DNA of 64,000 nucleotides from Chiloscyllium plagiosum (lineage: Eukaryota). The notes below the pieces were generated by a model, which ran no database searches, was not told the origin of the DNA, and was given only the letters and a program-made list of their open reading frames with translations. The DNA lies in assembly GCF_004010195.1 (NCBI RefSeq), contig NC_057719.1, positions 16,042,515 through 16,106,514 of the forward strand. Reading direction: 5' to 3'. The position numbers were made by a program, and so were the translations under genes. How positions within the stretch are numbered: the stretch's first letter is position 1; the number at the start of each line of letters is the position of its first letter. Shown one piece after another: positions 48,804-63,668 of the stretch.

Positions 48804-50315
48804 TTGAATGCCTACCCACCAATCTGAATACAGTAGATGACACACCCCTATTGCTAATTAAACAGTTCATGGATAATCACTGCCGCGTGTTTATTCCCTA
48901 CAAGCATCAGGGTGTGAATCTCGTTTATCCACAGCATCAAAGTCCCCAATTCGAACATAACTCTGATATGATCTCTCCAAACCCGGAGCATGCACATAGA
49001 AGTTGATGCAATTTTGAGAGTTTTGAGTGCATGCACTTTTAGGCTGAAAGTTTATTTCTGTAGTAACCTGCAGAGTGTTGGCCTACAAAAACAACCAAGT
49101 GGAAAGTGAGCTTTGGAAACTGCAGGCAAAATGGATTAAACGAAGTGAAAATGATATGGCTTACATTTGCCACCTTTCACTGAGTCAAGATTTTACCTGC
49201 AGGACAGTAATGGATAATGCATTGTAGTAATTGCCACCTACTTAAGTGAAGCTGTAATGAATGCTCCCTTTGTTGTTCAATCAATAACTGGGGAGAAACT
49301 TCTATGATGCTGTGTTTCAAGCATGACTGCAAGAGAGCTTAAAATGACATTAATCTTGGGTTGTACAATGGAAAGTAATCATTTAAGACTCTTGTTGAAT
49401 TGAACAGATTCCAGTGAGACTGTGTGATTTAAAAATAGTGGGTCTCCCAACCTACAAAATATGTTTCCACACCCTAAATATTCTTCAGCTGAAGCTGTAA
49501 AGAAAGATTTCAGTCAGCTGCCACCAGGCAAAGGGCAGAAACCCTAAATTAAAAGAGTTCCTTTTGTGTCACATATCTATTGAGGGACTGGTCTGTTTAC
49601 GTACACTGAATAGGTTAAAATAAGGGTGAGGTTCAGTGTGATACATACACACCAAAAGCCAAACCCTGCAGAAGAAAAATTGATGACGTTAGTAAGGAAT
49701 CAATTTGCCTGCCCTATGTAAAAATAGACAATTATTAAAATATTTTCTTCTGGAGATAATTACTGGACAGAGTCTGGATTTGCTTCACGGGTTTACACTG
49801 GGAGGATTGATAGAGAATTGTTGAGACAATGTAAGCAGTGAGTTTTTCAGTGATTAAACCAGCTAAAGCTGCATGACAGATTGACAGGCAGGTCCCCATA
49901 AATTCAATGAAAACTTCAGGGACAGGCGTGTCTGCCATTAACTTTGTCAGGTGACAGCTGATTAATGATGGTAGAGGCATCCCATTGTTCTCTAGAAGGA
50001 AGTCCACCTAGTGGATCTGCCAGCCAATCAGAGGCCAGCCGCTCTGTACCATACCGGGATCGATGGCCACTGCTCACATAGCAGGAGGCCTAGGGGTGGG
50101 AGGGGAGGGTGACCATGGATGCTCCCAAATGCGCTGAACTCTAGGATCTCACTACAACAACATTGACAGGCCCTGGCAAGGAGGATAGCAGGTTCAGGTA
50201 CGACAGGGCAGAGTGGGAGCGAGAATGGGAAGAGGTGTTCTTCTTGTTGTTGGTGGGGGAAGGGAAAGCCCAGAGAGAATGTACAAGGTTCCAATAACAT
50301 CACCCTCTCACTCAA

Positions 50316-53300
50316 TAAAAACCAAAAGAACTACAGATGCTGTAGATAAGAAACCAAAACAGAAATTGCTGGAAAAGCTCAGCAGGTCTGGCAGCATCTG
50401 TGGAGAGAAATCAGAGTTAACCTTTGGGATCAAAAGACTCTTCCTCAGAACTAACGGTAGCTGGGAAAATGTCAGTTTATATGCAGAAGATAGGGTGGGG
50501 GGAGATATTAATGAGTAAACGATAGGTGGGGATAGAGCCCAGAGAAAGAGAAGAAGACCAGATCTAACAATTGAAGTTCTAAATTGGAGGAAGGTTAATT
50601 TTGACGGTATTAGGCAATAACTTTCAAAAGCTGACTGGACGCAGATGCTCACAAGTAAAGGGACAGCTGGAAAATGGGAAGCCTTTAGAAATGAGAGAAT
50701 GGGAGTCCAGAGACAATATATTCCTGTTAGGATGAAAGGAAAAGCTGGTAGGTATAGGGAATGCTGGATGACTAAAACAATTAAGGGTTTGGTTAAGAAA
50801 AAGCAGGAAGCATATGTCAGGTATAGACAGGGTAGATCGAGTGAATTCTTAGAAGACTGTAAAGGCAGTAGGAGTTACTGCAGAGGGAAATCAGGTGGGC
50901 AAAAAGTGGACATGAGTTATCTTTGGCAAATAGAGTTAAGGAGAATCCAAAGGAATTTTACAAATAAATTAAGGACAAAAGGATAACTAGGGAGATAATA
51001 GGGCCCCTCAAAGATCAGCAAGGCAGCTCATATGTGGAGCCGCAGGAGAACGGGGAGATACTAAACGAGTATTTTGCATCAGTGTTTACTGTGGAAAAGG
51101 ACATGGAAGATATAGAATGTGAGGAAATAGATTGTGACATCTTGAAAAATGTCCATATTACAGAGGAGAAAGTGCTGGAGTCTTGAAACACAAAGGTGAA
51201 TAAATTTCCAGGACCTGATCAGGTGTACCCTCGAACTCTGTGGGAAGCTAGGGAAGTAATTGCTGGGCTCCTTGCTGAGATATTGTATTGTCGATAGTCA
51301 CAGATGAGGTGCCAGAAGATTGGAGGTTGGCTAACGTGGTACCATTATTTAAGAAAGATGGTAAGGACAAGGTGGGGAACGACAGACTGATGAGCCTGAC
51401 GTCAGTGGTGAGCAAGTTGTTGGAGTGAGTCCGGAGGGACAGGATTTATACATACTTGGAAAGGCAAGGATTGATCATGGATAGTTAACATGGCTTTGTG
51501 CATGGGAAATCATGTCTGACAAACTTGATTGAGTTTTTTGAAAAAGTAACAAAGGGGATTGAAGAGGGCAGAGTGGTGGACAGAACCTATATGGACTTCA
51601 GTAAGGCATTCAACAAGGTTCCCCATGGGAAACTCGTTAGCAAGATTATAGCAAATGAAATACCGGGAAAACTAGCCATTTGGATACAGAACTGACTTGA
51701 AGGTAGAAGACAGAGGGTGGTGGTGGAGAGTTGTTTTTCAGAGTGGAGGCCTGTGACCAGTGAAGTGCCACAAGGATCAGTGCTGGGTCCACTGCTTTTT
51801 GTCATTTATATAAATGATTTGGATATGAACATAAGAGGTATAGTTAGTAAGTTTGCAGATGACACCAAAATTGGAGGTGTGGACAGTGAAGAAGGTTACC
51901 TCAGAGTACAATGGGATCTTGATCTGATGGGCCAATGGGCTGAGGAGTGGCAGATGGAGTTTAATTCAGATAAATGCAAGGTGCTGCATTTTGGGAAAGC
52001 AAATCTTAGCAGGAATTATACACTTAACAGTAAGGTCCTAGGGAGTGTAGCTGAACAAAGAGACCTTGGGAGTGCAGGTTCATAGCTCCTTGAAAGTAGA
52101 ATCACAGAGGTAGATAGGGTAGTGAAGAAAGTGTTTGGTATGCTTTCCTTTATGGGTCAGAGTATTGAGTATAGGAGTTGGGAGATCATCTTGTGGCTGT
52201 ACAAGATGTTGGTTAGGTCATTTTTGGAATATTGCGTGCAATTCTGGTCTCCTTCCTATTGGAAGGATGATGTGCAACTTGAAAGGGTTCAGAAAAGATT
52301 TACAAGGATGTTGCCAGGGTTGGAGGATTTGAGCTATAGGAAGAGGCTGAATAGGCTGGGGCTGTTTTCCCTGGAGTGTCGGAGGCTGAGGGGTGACCTT
52401 ATAGAGGTTTATAAAACCATGAAGGTCATGGATAGGATAAATAGACAAAGTCTTTTCCCTGGGGTGGGGGAGTCCAGAACTAGAGGACATAGGTTTAGGG
52501 TGAGAGGGGAAAAATATAAAAGGGACCTAAGGGGCAACATTTTCACGCAGAGGGTAGTGCGTGTATGAACTGAGCTGCCAGAGGAAGTGGTGGAGGCTAG
52601 TACAATTGCAATATTTAAAAAACTTCTGGAAGTGTATATGAATAGGAAAGGTTTCGATGGATATAGGCCAAGTATTGGCAAATGGGACTAGATTAGGTTG
52701 GGATATCTGGTCAGCATGGACGAGATGGACCAAAGGGTCTGTTTCCGTGCTGTATATCTCTATGACTCTGTGACTCAAACAGTTGGACAGACAAAAGAGT
52801 GAATAATGATCTGGCTAGGAGAGTGAGTAGCTATTAATGGCGACTGTTAGTGGCTCACAATGGGTTATGTGTAATAGCAGAGTATATAATAACAAGGCCT
52901 GGGATGTAGGGGTTAGGGTAAGGACATGGGAGAGCTCAAGCCCAAAAATTGTTGAACGCGATATTAAGTCAGAAGGCTGCAGGGTCCCTAGTGGAAAATG
53001 AGGTGTTCTTCCAGTTTGCTCTAAGCTTCACTGGGGCACAGAGGTGTTGGCCAAACACCAGGGTGGTGTGTTGAAGAGGCAGGTAACTGGAAGCTTAGTG
53101 TCTTTTTTGCAGACAGAATGTAAATGTTCTGTGAAGCAGTCACCCAATTTACTATTTGAATCTCCAGTGAAGAAGAGACCACATTGTGAGCAGTGAATGC
53201 AGTAGACCAGATTGTGAGAAGTGCAGGTAAAGTGCTGCTTCACCTGAAAGGTATTTTTGAGCCTTGGATTCTGAGGGGGGAGGAGATCAATAGGCAGGTG

Positions 53301-53675
53301 TTACACCTTCTGCCGTTGCAGGGGAAGGCACCATGGGGCTGTGTGGGCGTTATTTAGAGTGTAGAAGGAGTGGACCAAGGTGTCCTGGAGGGAATGGTCC
53401 CTGCAGAAGGCTTAAAAGGGAGAGGAGGGGAGTATGTGTCTGGTGGTGGCAACTCACTGAAGGTGGCAGAGTGGCTAATGATCCTCTCCATGGGGATAAC
53501 AGGTAAGAACAAGGGGCACCTATCGCTATTGTGAAGGAAGAGAGTGAGTAAGGGCTGAAGTACAGGACATGGGCTGGACACAGCTGAGGGCACAACAGTG
53601 CTGGGGAGTCCTTGGTTGAGAAAGAAGATGGACATTTTGGAGGCTCCCTTGTCGAATAGCCCCCTTCTGCACTGT
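50316..53675 (-). mobile_element. Neptune-type Penelope-like element 3' part, split by a CR1
   Basis: GIY-YIG region KQHFTCTSHNLVYCIHCSQCGLFFTGDS (53243-53160), SKMSIFFLNQGLPSTVV, UTR 52777-52950 continuing at 50316-50550 with a degenerate hammerhead at 50418-50452. Confidence 0.82.
50553..52776 (+). mobile_element. 5'-truncated CR1 (HER1-like) LINE
   Basis: RT motifs [47 protein letters not shown] tail; same family as 7851-10567. Confidence 0.95.
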
Positions 53676-53989
53676 AACAATTTTGTTGTTCTTTACTATT
53701 ATCTGTTTTTATTTCAAAATGTGGATTTGTTGACTCATTCAGGTATATCTGCAAATGGACGTCCTTCATCTTCATCTCAGTCAAAAGATCACAAGGACCA
53801 CTGGAGTGGCCTTAGACGGGATCTGTCTATGGATATATTCTATCACCTGTCCCCCTGGATACTCAAACAACAGAAAGTGTAAAAGTGGAAGGAAAGGCTT
53901 AAATGTCAGTAGGTAAACCGTATCCTCGATAACTAATGCTTTGTTGGAAAGTGAGTTTTGAACCAAGTCTCAAGATAAGTTTAGGCTCA

Positions 53990-54331
<342 letters not shown>

Positions 54332-54523
54332 TCAAGTTCCTTCCACTTGTCATGATTTCCTGGAAACATTATATTTAGATTGCACTTCCATCTTCAGAAA
54401 ATATTCATTCAGCAAGGAAAATAAGAGATTTCAATGCCTGATTCAAAATTTCATTCCCAGAAGTATAAATATACAAATACTCTGCTTGGATTCCTTCCAG
54501 TGAGTGTATGTTTATCCTCAATA

Positions 54524-55419
54524 CAAAGGAACCTCGATTATCCAAATATCAATTATCCGAAATTTCGGATTATCCAAAGAAGGTCTCAAGGTCCCGATTG
54601 AAACACTACATCAAAGAGGTGTTTCCAACACTGATCGTGTCTTTTGTTTACAATGATTAAAAATGAACTCAGCTGACTGAAATGCTGCCGAGAACTGTCC
54701 TGGACATTGATGGGAGCCCAGGCAACATCTCCAAATGACTGACCTCCCATCCCCTCTTTCTCTCTCTCTCTCCCGACACTTTCCCTGGAGTTCTACACAG
54801 GGGTGTACCCTAAGCCTCTTTTCCCCAGATAATCTCTCCAACGTTGTAACATTGTCCTGTACAGGGCAGAGGTGGAACTTGTCAAAGTGTCATAGCAAAA
54901 CGTTGTGCGTGCGTGTGTGTGCATGCGAGCTATTTTGAGACTCACCCCCCCCCTCCACCCCCCAAAGGCAGCAGCAGTCTTACTGTTGGTGTCCAGTTCA
55001 GCTGCCCGGGGGATGGGGGGGGACGGGGATGGACGGTGGGTGAGATAGCAGAGGGGTGAAGGTAGCAGACTGGGGGGTGGTGGCAATGGTGGGAGGGGCT
55101 GGACAGGGAAGCAGGGTCTCGTGCGCAGTGTGCTGCTGCCTAGTCTCCTTAATGGGGTGTGGACTTAGCAAGTGTTCACTGTGTCAATCCCATTGAACTG
55201 ATTGGGGTGGGGGGAGGCTTCAGCAATGCTGCAGGTCCTTTATACACAAGTGTGTGTCTGCTCAAAAACAAACCCTGAGACAGAGAGAGGGAGCAAGGCA
55301 AGCAGAGCGAGGGGAAAGGAAACTTCAGAAAACTCTGAGCCACAGAGGAGAGGTCTTGAATCAATTAACCAAACAAAATACTGCCCGCCCATCTTGTTTG
55401 GATAATCGAGGTTCCTCTG
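54524..55419. mobile_element. Tigger/pogo-like non-autonomous DNA transposon
   Basis: TIRs CA(A/G)AGGAACCTCGATTATCCAAA (23 bp, 1 mismatch); TA at 54522-54523 and 55420-55421. Confidence 0.9.
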
Positions 55420-55619
55420 TATGCTCCAATCAAAGGTCAGGGTTTGAAATACAAAATATCAACAAACTTAAATAATGCTGAAAACAAAAGCATAGTTTGC
55501 CAAAACTTTTCTTTTTTGTTCATCGAACTGGTACATTGGCCATGATAACACCTCTACCAATCAAAATCCATTTGCCAACCAATCAGCAATCACTTCTTAA
55601 CAGATTATACAATGTCAGG

Positions 55620-56024
55620 ACTGGCCATTAACAGGTCCAGGCAGCGGCCCGTGGAGGGGGTTGTTAGGGCCAACTGCCTGCCCCTCTTCCCCGTTTACAT
55701 TAGGGCCCGGGTGTCCTTGGAGAAGGAGCACGCGGATTCCACCAACACCCTGGAGTTGTTCAGGGAGAGGTGGGCGCCACAGGGAGTGGAGTGCATTATT
55801 TCCCCTGCCAACTCTATTTTGATTTAATCCCTGCCCTCCCCTTCACTGTTTGATCACACAGCATTGCCCTTTGTGAAGGGCACTGCTTGTCACTGGCCAC
55901 TCGGGTGTTTTCCTATCTTCCTGGTGGTGGAAATTGAATAAAGATTCGTACACCTTGTGTCTCTCACTGTGTCTCACACCTGCACACAGACAACATGGGT
56001 GTTGGGGGATAAATGAAAAAAAAA
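55620..56024 (+). mobile_element. 5'-truncated Tx1 3' copy
   Basis: LAINRSRQRPVEGVVRANCLPLF...; TSD ATACAATGTCAGG at 55607-55619 and 56025-56037. Confidence 0.9.
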
Positions 56025-56868
56025 ATACAATGTCAGGTTCTCTTTACTTTGGTATTCTTTCAAATCATCTTGACAAACACAAGATGAATAGGCTTCAGCA
56101 AAAATTGTATCTTTTTCCAGTAATACTCAATTGTTGTACTAACTACAGCCAAGTGTATACCCACAAACATCAAAACAGACACTTTGGTGACACTCCCAGA
56201 TGAGTTAAACAAGTCGGTTGAAAATTTCATCTTTTGCTTAAATCAGCTTCAATGTATCACTGGGTCCCAACTAAATATACAATTCATAGTTACATTAAGG
56301 TTGCCAAATTGATAAGGCCATGCTTAAGTACCATGTCCTTCTCAAATCACTGGATTAAAAATAAGATAATAAAGCCATTGGAGAGGAGGCAGAAAAGACT
56401 TACAAAGCTGAAACCAGAAAGCAATGCTATAGACTTAAGAAGATTTTTTAAATTATTAAAGGTTTTGTTTGAGTGGATACAGAAAAAAAGGGGTAGAGTT
56501 TCGTGGAGGAGACAGGTGGGTCAACGCAAATGCCACCTTGATAAGGCCCCAGCCACCACAGTCATGCTTGGGTGTGTGGAAGCAAGATGGACTGGGGTCC
56601 ATCACCTCCAGACGCAGGTCTGAAGCACCAACAGATGTGGGTGGATAGTCAAGCCAGCTGAAATGCCCAATTCAGTTTACTAGGATATCAGAACAGGTTT
56701 ATTAATGTCAGACCCTCATGAACAATTGATATGGTGCTTACATGTAGCTAACACCATGGGAAATACCCAGAACAGAACATGGAGCTCTAAATCTTCTTTA
56801 TTGTTCTGATAAAGTTCTTTAAAACTGTCGGTCAGCAGTGAAGGCCTTTGGAGGTAGCTGATAAATTT

Positions 56869-56966
56869 ATTCTGAAAGATGGTCACTGGACTCAAAACAT
56901 TAACTCTGCTTTCCCTTCACAGATCCTGCCAAACTTGCTGAGTTTCTCCAGAAATTTCTGTTTTTG
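56869..56966 (+). mobile_element. Degenerate PLE-derived short repeat
   Basis: TTCTGAAAGATGGTCACTGGACTCAAAACATTAAC...; homologous to 15486-15620. Confidence 0.55.
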
Positions 56967-57029
56967 AATTGTTAAATTTGACTGCCCTGAGAAATTCATC
57001 ATGATGAATCTAAGGCTCCATGAAGTTTG

Positions 57030-57365
57030 CTTGCAGGCCATGAAGTTCAATCATTTTCAGTCTCATCTTTGAAGATTAGATGCTCAGGATAAAATGCCAG
57101 ACACGGAGGAACTCACTCGAGCTGGCCTGATAAACATCAACAGAACCTCAGGAAAGCCACAACAGAGTTGGGCCGGTCATCCAGCCAGATCGACTGATGC
57201 TGGCCTGTGGAAACCAATCTTGTACGGGGAGCTGAAATGTGGGGCGCACTCTCTCAATGGTCAAAGGAACCTGTACATGGAAACCCTGAAAACTCCATTA
57301 AGAATTTTGATATGGACATCAGGTTCTGGGCGAGGGTTATCCAGGATCACTGCTCCTGACACAGA
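57030..57365 (+). mobile_element. RTE-clade LINE C-terminal fragment
   Basis: PDTEEL...QSWAGHPARSTD..LWKPILYGELKCG....GQRNLY.ETLK. Confidence 0.75.
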
Positions 57366-57689
57366 CAAGTAAAAAAATGTTGTGGCTTCCTCAAAAGTGA
57401 GTGCATATCAGACGCAGAGGGCCAAAGCAAGGGGAGAGATCATGAAGCAGCACACCATGTTGAAAATCATGGTCTGTGATATTCTGTTCTGCTTGAAGCA
57501 GAAGGGTCACACACACCCTCAGATGATGAACATAAATGACTATGTCTCAAAGGACAAATAAGGAAAGAAAGGACTTCAGCAGAGAAATATACATCCATTA
57601 ACAACACCCCACCTTTGAATGAACATCTAATACACAATGAACATCTAAGAATAGCCTCTGAGGATATGCAAAAGGAATTATGTCATTCA

Positions 57690-58018
57690 CTTTTATTTAT
57701 TTGCAAAATATGGGTGTCACTGACTCCACCAGCATTTCTTGCCCATCTCCAATTCCCCAGAGTGCAGTGAAGAAGCTATCATGTTGCTGTGGGACTCAAG
57801 TCACATGTAGACCAGACCAGGTGGTTTCCATCCCTAAAGGACATTAGTGAACCAGACAGGTTTTCCAACAATTGACAACGGTTTCATGTTCATTTGTTGC
57901 AGGATTTTAAATTCAATTTAATTCAAATTGCACCTTCTGCCAAACACAAATCCTGAGAACATTAACTGGGACTCTGGATTAACAGTCTAGCAATAATATC
58001 CTCGGTCATCACCTCCCC
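57690..58018 (-). mobile_element. Old SINE/LINE-tail element sharing the tail of 25925-27340
   Basis: CCAGCATTTCTTGCCC is the reverse of the GGGCAATAAATG tail; the remainder resembles 25790-25900. Confidence 0.55.
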
Positions 58019-58299
58019 AAAGCCAAGGTAACATCAGAATACATGGAGCTAAAGCTTAAATCTTTAAGGCTTTGATAGGTTATAGAAATGTAGAAAATAT
58101 AGAATATAGGAGCAGGAGTATGTCATTCAGTATGATCATAGCTTATTATCCAACTCAATACTCTCTTCCCACATTCTTTGGCTGTTTTTTCTTTGCTTTG
58201 TAAGTAGTTATGTTTAATAAAGGCTGGTAACATTTGCACAGTTGAAAGTTGGTTTCACTTTACTACATTCCGTAAATTGCTGAAGGTTTATCCAACCCC

Positions 58300-58628
58300 A
58301 GTCATAGAATCCCTACACTGTGGAAACAGACCATTCAGCCGAACAAGTCTGCACCGACTCTCTGAACAGCGTCTCACCCAGACTCACCTCCCCTACCCTC
58401 TCCCTGTAACCCTACATTTCCCATGGCTAATCCACCTAGCTTACACATCCCTGGACACCTACGGCAATTAAGAATGGCCAATCCACCTAACCTACACAAC
58501 TTTGGACTGAGGGAGGAAACCAGAATACATGGAGGAAACCCACACAGACACAGGGAGAATGTGCAAACTCCACACAGACAGTCATGCGAGGTTGGAATTG
58601 AACTCGGGTCCCTGGTGCTGTGAGGTAA
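58300..58628 (-). mobile_element. HE1-type SINE (long variant)
   Basis: B box, core and tail. Confidence 0.88.
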
Positions 58629-58973
58629 CATGCCGCCCAATCTCTGGTCCTTTCCAGCTCTCATTTACCTGAGGGCCACTGCAAGCTCAAGTAGCAGGGT
58701 CAAACGTTACTGACTCTATGAGCCACACTGGCCCGATATTCATGAGGCCTCAGGCCTAATATCAGTCCCCTAGGGCCTCACCATTGAGGTGTTGGGATTG
58801 TACTCTGTCACCTTCCCCACTCCTAATTCAAAGATGACCATCTCCAAAGTTCTACACCAATTCTGTCATCCCCAGCCCAAGCCCTTCCAATCCATATATT
58901 TTATTGCTGAAAAATGTTACAAATATCAACTATTAACGGTCTCATTACTTGGTGATGGACAAAGTCTGTGTTA

Positions 58974-59237
<264 letters not shown>

Positions 59238-59883
59238 CTAAGTGGGTTTTGAAGGATCAGAGATTGCAAAGATTGTGCTGACTTCACCCACAATAATATC
59301 AAACTTGAGTTGATTGACAGTGGTTACGGCTCTATCTGATTGAAACATGTCCATGTCCAATGTGGATCTTAAACAGGACCTGCAATGGGACACGGCTCCT
59401 GGTGGATTGTATAAATGATAACAAAAATAGCAGCTTTCATTTATTGAGCAGAAGCCAAATCCTTCACGCTTCAGGACAAATCATTCACCTTTTTTTTAAA
59501 AATGAGCTTCCTGGGTGTCCAGATGATCTGGAAATTATGTTTAGAAAGCAGCTACAGTAAAATGCAACAGGTTTTACATATTAATCCGGGACTGGCTCAC
59601 ACATGCCAGTTTGGAAGACAAATATCAAATACCTTTTAAATTGAGAGCAATTTCTCCCTGGGTCAACCGGTTTTGTAGGTATGTATTAAATCTATCTACC
59701 GGAACACGAAAAATCTCAATGTGATGTAAATCATGTCCTGCAATACCAGAAGGACCACTGCTGTATTATTAACTTTGATGTTAGTGTCACAATTTTAGAT
59801 TGAAAAACATCAGACACTTAGCTCATTCTCACTGCTTCTTTACTATATTCCTTTTATTTAAATTATACTATACCTTCCCTAAA

Positions 59884-61010
59884 GCACGGTAGCACAGTGG
59901 TTAGCACTGCTGCCTCACAGTGCTAGAGACCCGGGTTCAATTCCCGCCTCAGGTGACTGACTGTGTCTGTGTGGGTTTCCTCCGGGTGCTCCGGTTTCCT
60001 CCCACAGTCCAAAGATGTGCAGGTCAGGTGAATTGGCCTTGCTAAATTGCCTGTAGTGTTAGGTTAGGGGTATGGGTGGGTTGCGCTTCGGTGAGTCGGG
60101 TTGGGCTGAAGGGCCTGTTTCCACACTATAAGTAATCTAAATTGTGCTCCTTGTTCTTTTTAATCTCATTTTTTAGTCCTCTGATCATCTACTTTGTAGT
60201 AACTTTGGGGAAAGGGTTTACCGTTTTTTTACTTTCTATCATGTGATTGAGTGACAAATGCTTAAAGGATCACTAACATTTTATAATTCACTGTAAGGGT
60301 TCCGATCGGGGTTAAAGGGCTCCTGAATGGGAAAATAAACAGCTGATTCAGAAAGACAAATGTCTGCGTGGGTTTGCTCCGGGTGCTCTGGTTTCCTCCC
60401 ACAGTCCAAAGATGTGCAGGTCAGGTGAATTGGCTATACTAAATTGCCCGTAGTGTTAGGTTAGGGGTATGGGTGGGTTGAGCTTCGGTGAGTCGGGTTG
60501 GGCTGAAGGGCCTGTTTCAAACACTGTAAGTAATCTAAATTGTGCTCCTTGTTCTTTTTAATCTCATTTTTTAGTCCTCTGATCATCTACTTTGTAGTAA
60601 CTTTGGGGAAAGGGTTTACCGTTTTTTTACTTTCTATCATGTGATTGAGTGACAAATGCTTAAAGGATCACTAACATTTTATAATTCACTGTAAGGGTTC
60701 CGATCGGGGTTAAAGGGCTCCTGAATGGGAAAATAAACAGCTGATTCAGAAAGACAAATGTCTGCGTGGGTTTGTTCTGGGTGCTCTGGTTTCCTCCCAC
60801 AGTGCAAAAATATGCAGGTTAGGTGGATTGGCCAAGCTAAATTGCCCCATAGTATCCAGGGATGTGCAGGTTAGATGGATTAGCCGATGGAAATGCAAAA
60901 TTACAGGGAGAGGGTAGGGGGTTGGGTCTGGGTGGGATGATCTTCGTAAGGATCATTGTGGACCTGATGGGCTGAATGGCCTGCTTCCACACTAGGAATT
61001 TTATGATTCT
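59884..61010 (+). repeat. Three HE1 SINE pieces with an intervening tandem duplication (59964-60360, 60361-60758)
   Basis: Near-identical 397-bp and 398-bp units, each made of a SINE 3' part plus unique spacer. Confidence 0.92.
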
Positions 61011-62077
61011 TTTAATGCTCAATGCACAAGACATTAAGTGAGATAGAAGTGATGTTAAAAAAGAACAGAAACTGATTGGAAACAGAAAATGTTGGAAGTA
61101 AATGACTAAGGGTGTAGGTGTGTTGTGTTGATATAGGTCTATTATTTTAATAATAGCAATATATAAATAAAGAACTGCAGCTGCTGGAAACCTGTAACAA
61201 AAACAGACAGTGCTGGAGAAAGCAGTTCTGCAGCATCGGTGAAGAGAGATAAAGTGAGTTGATGTTGAGTCCGTGATACTGCATTTTGCTTTTATTAATG
61301 GTATTTGAAACTAGGGACAAGAGGTCTCTGAAATGAAATTACTGAGGAGAAGATTGAAGCTGCTGGAAATACTCAGCAGGTCAAACAGTGTCTTTGGAAA
61401 GAGTAGCATTCAGATACAATGTCAACAGCTGCCTCATTAATTCTGGTTCTCTCTCTATAGACACTACTGGATCTGCTGAGGATTACCAGCAGTCTGAGTC
61501 ATCATTTCAGTGTCTGCTTTCGGTGACTGCTTGCTCCTGGTTTCAAATTCCATGATTAAAATGATCAACACAACCCTTCCACATGTATTCCACGACTTTA
61601 CTATGATATTCTGAGAAGCACAAAGGTAGTAGACAGTGAAGAACAATTACATTTACAGGCAATAAATACTGAGTACAGACATAGTCTTTCACCATTCTGG
61701 TGGATGCTGTCAAATATTTCATACTTACCTTATGCATTTGCTCACTGTATCCTCATACACAGAATCTTCTGCCTTCACTGGTGAGTTAGGTAATAAGATT
61801 ATTAGCCAGGGTGGTGGCATATCCCACTGCTTACCCACCTCCACCAGAATTATATCTGGGAGGGAATGCCCATTATCAACCTTCCCACACCACTACCCAT
61901 TGAGGATCTTGCATAGCTAATGAGTAATTATTTATAGTCTAACCCAACACCTCAATAGCAGACCTCTCACCATGCAGTGTGTACGGAAGCTAAAGACATT
62001 TTGTCAGCTTCTCACCTAGTTGGGGGGGGGAATGGTCCTTCAGGATTCATTAAGGGACTGGAAATCAGCAAGGGGCT

Positions 62078-62600
62078 GGACAGGATATTGGTTTGGCTAC
62101 TTTTGGAATATTGTGTGCAATTCTGGTCTCCCTCCTACAGGAAGAACGTTGTGAAACTTGAAAGGATTCAGAAAAGGTTTACAAGGATGTTGCCAGGGTT
62201 GGAGGGTTTGAGCTGTAGGGAGAGGCTGAATAGGCTGGGCTGTTTTCCCTGGAGTGTCGGAGGCTGAGGGGTGACCTTATGGTCTTATCTCTGAGATGGG
62301 GGAGTCCAGAACTAGAAGGCATAGGTTTAGGATGAGAAAGGAAACATTTAAAAGGGACCTAAGGGGCAAAGTTTTCAAGCAAAGGGTGGTACATGTATGG
62401 AATGAGCTGCCAGAAGAAGTGGTGGAGGTTAGTACAATTACAACATTTAAAAGGAGGTGGATGGGTATATGATTAGGAAGGGTTTAAAGAGATATGGGCC
62501 AAGTGCTGGCAAATGGAATTAGATTAATTTAGAATACTGGTTGGCATGGACAAGTTGGACTGAAGGGTCTATTTCTGTGCTGTACATCTCAATGACTCTA
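62078..62600 (+). mobile_element. CR1 3' fragment
   Basis: LLEYCVQFWSPSYRKNVVKLERIQKRFTRMLPGL and tail. Confidence 0.9.
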
Positions 62601-63356
62601 TGGAGATCCACTGCTGCCAGCACTGCTGGCCCTTCTTCCCATAATAATCAACAGCCTCTAAACCAAAACAAAACAACTCTAACTTCATACAAAGGTACAA
62701 AGAAGAGTAGCCCTTTTGGCCCTTTAAGCCTGCTCTGCCATTCAATAAAAACCATGGCTGATCTGATTATACCTGTGACCAAGGTCCCTCCACCATCCTG
62801 GATCTCTGGTGGGTCTTCTTCCAGCTGCGGCCACAGCGGCCTGGCCTAATAGCAACAGGCCACTGAATGGCCTCAGCTGTCATTGGGTGAGACCTTCACC
62901 TCCAGGGTCTTGATTCCAGGTGAAGGATCACTCAGGCCTTGCCACTGCCTGATTGGCATGTGAGTTGAGAGGTCTTCCCATAAAAAGAGACAGCATGGGT
63001 CCCTTAATGGCTCTCCAGTCAGGAAACATGACCCCCCTCTCAATCCTTTGATGAAATCTTGCCCCAGGATGCAGCAAAACATATTGTGGGCTTGTTCCTG
63101 CTGATGAACCTTGCCCTACTGTAAGTGCATGTTGGGAAATCATAGAAAATAATTTTTCCCACAAACTTTCCACCCGTTCCTTTAAAATAGGTTGTGGAAA
63201 CCATACAAATTATATAGTCACCTCGCTCCCAGTGGACAAAAGTCACCAAATATAAATGGTGGCCTACCTCCCAACTACTCCCATCCCTCCCAACTCCTTA
63301 AACTGATCCTAAAGTTCATAAAGCCATCATCATAGAAAACCTGAAATAAAATTTCA

Positions 63357-63668
<312 letters not shown>

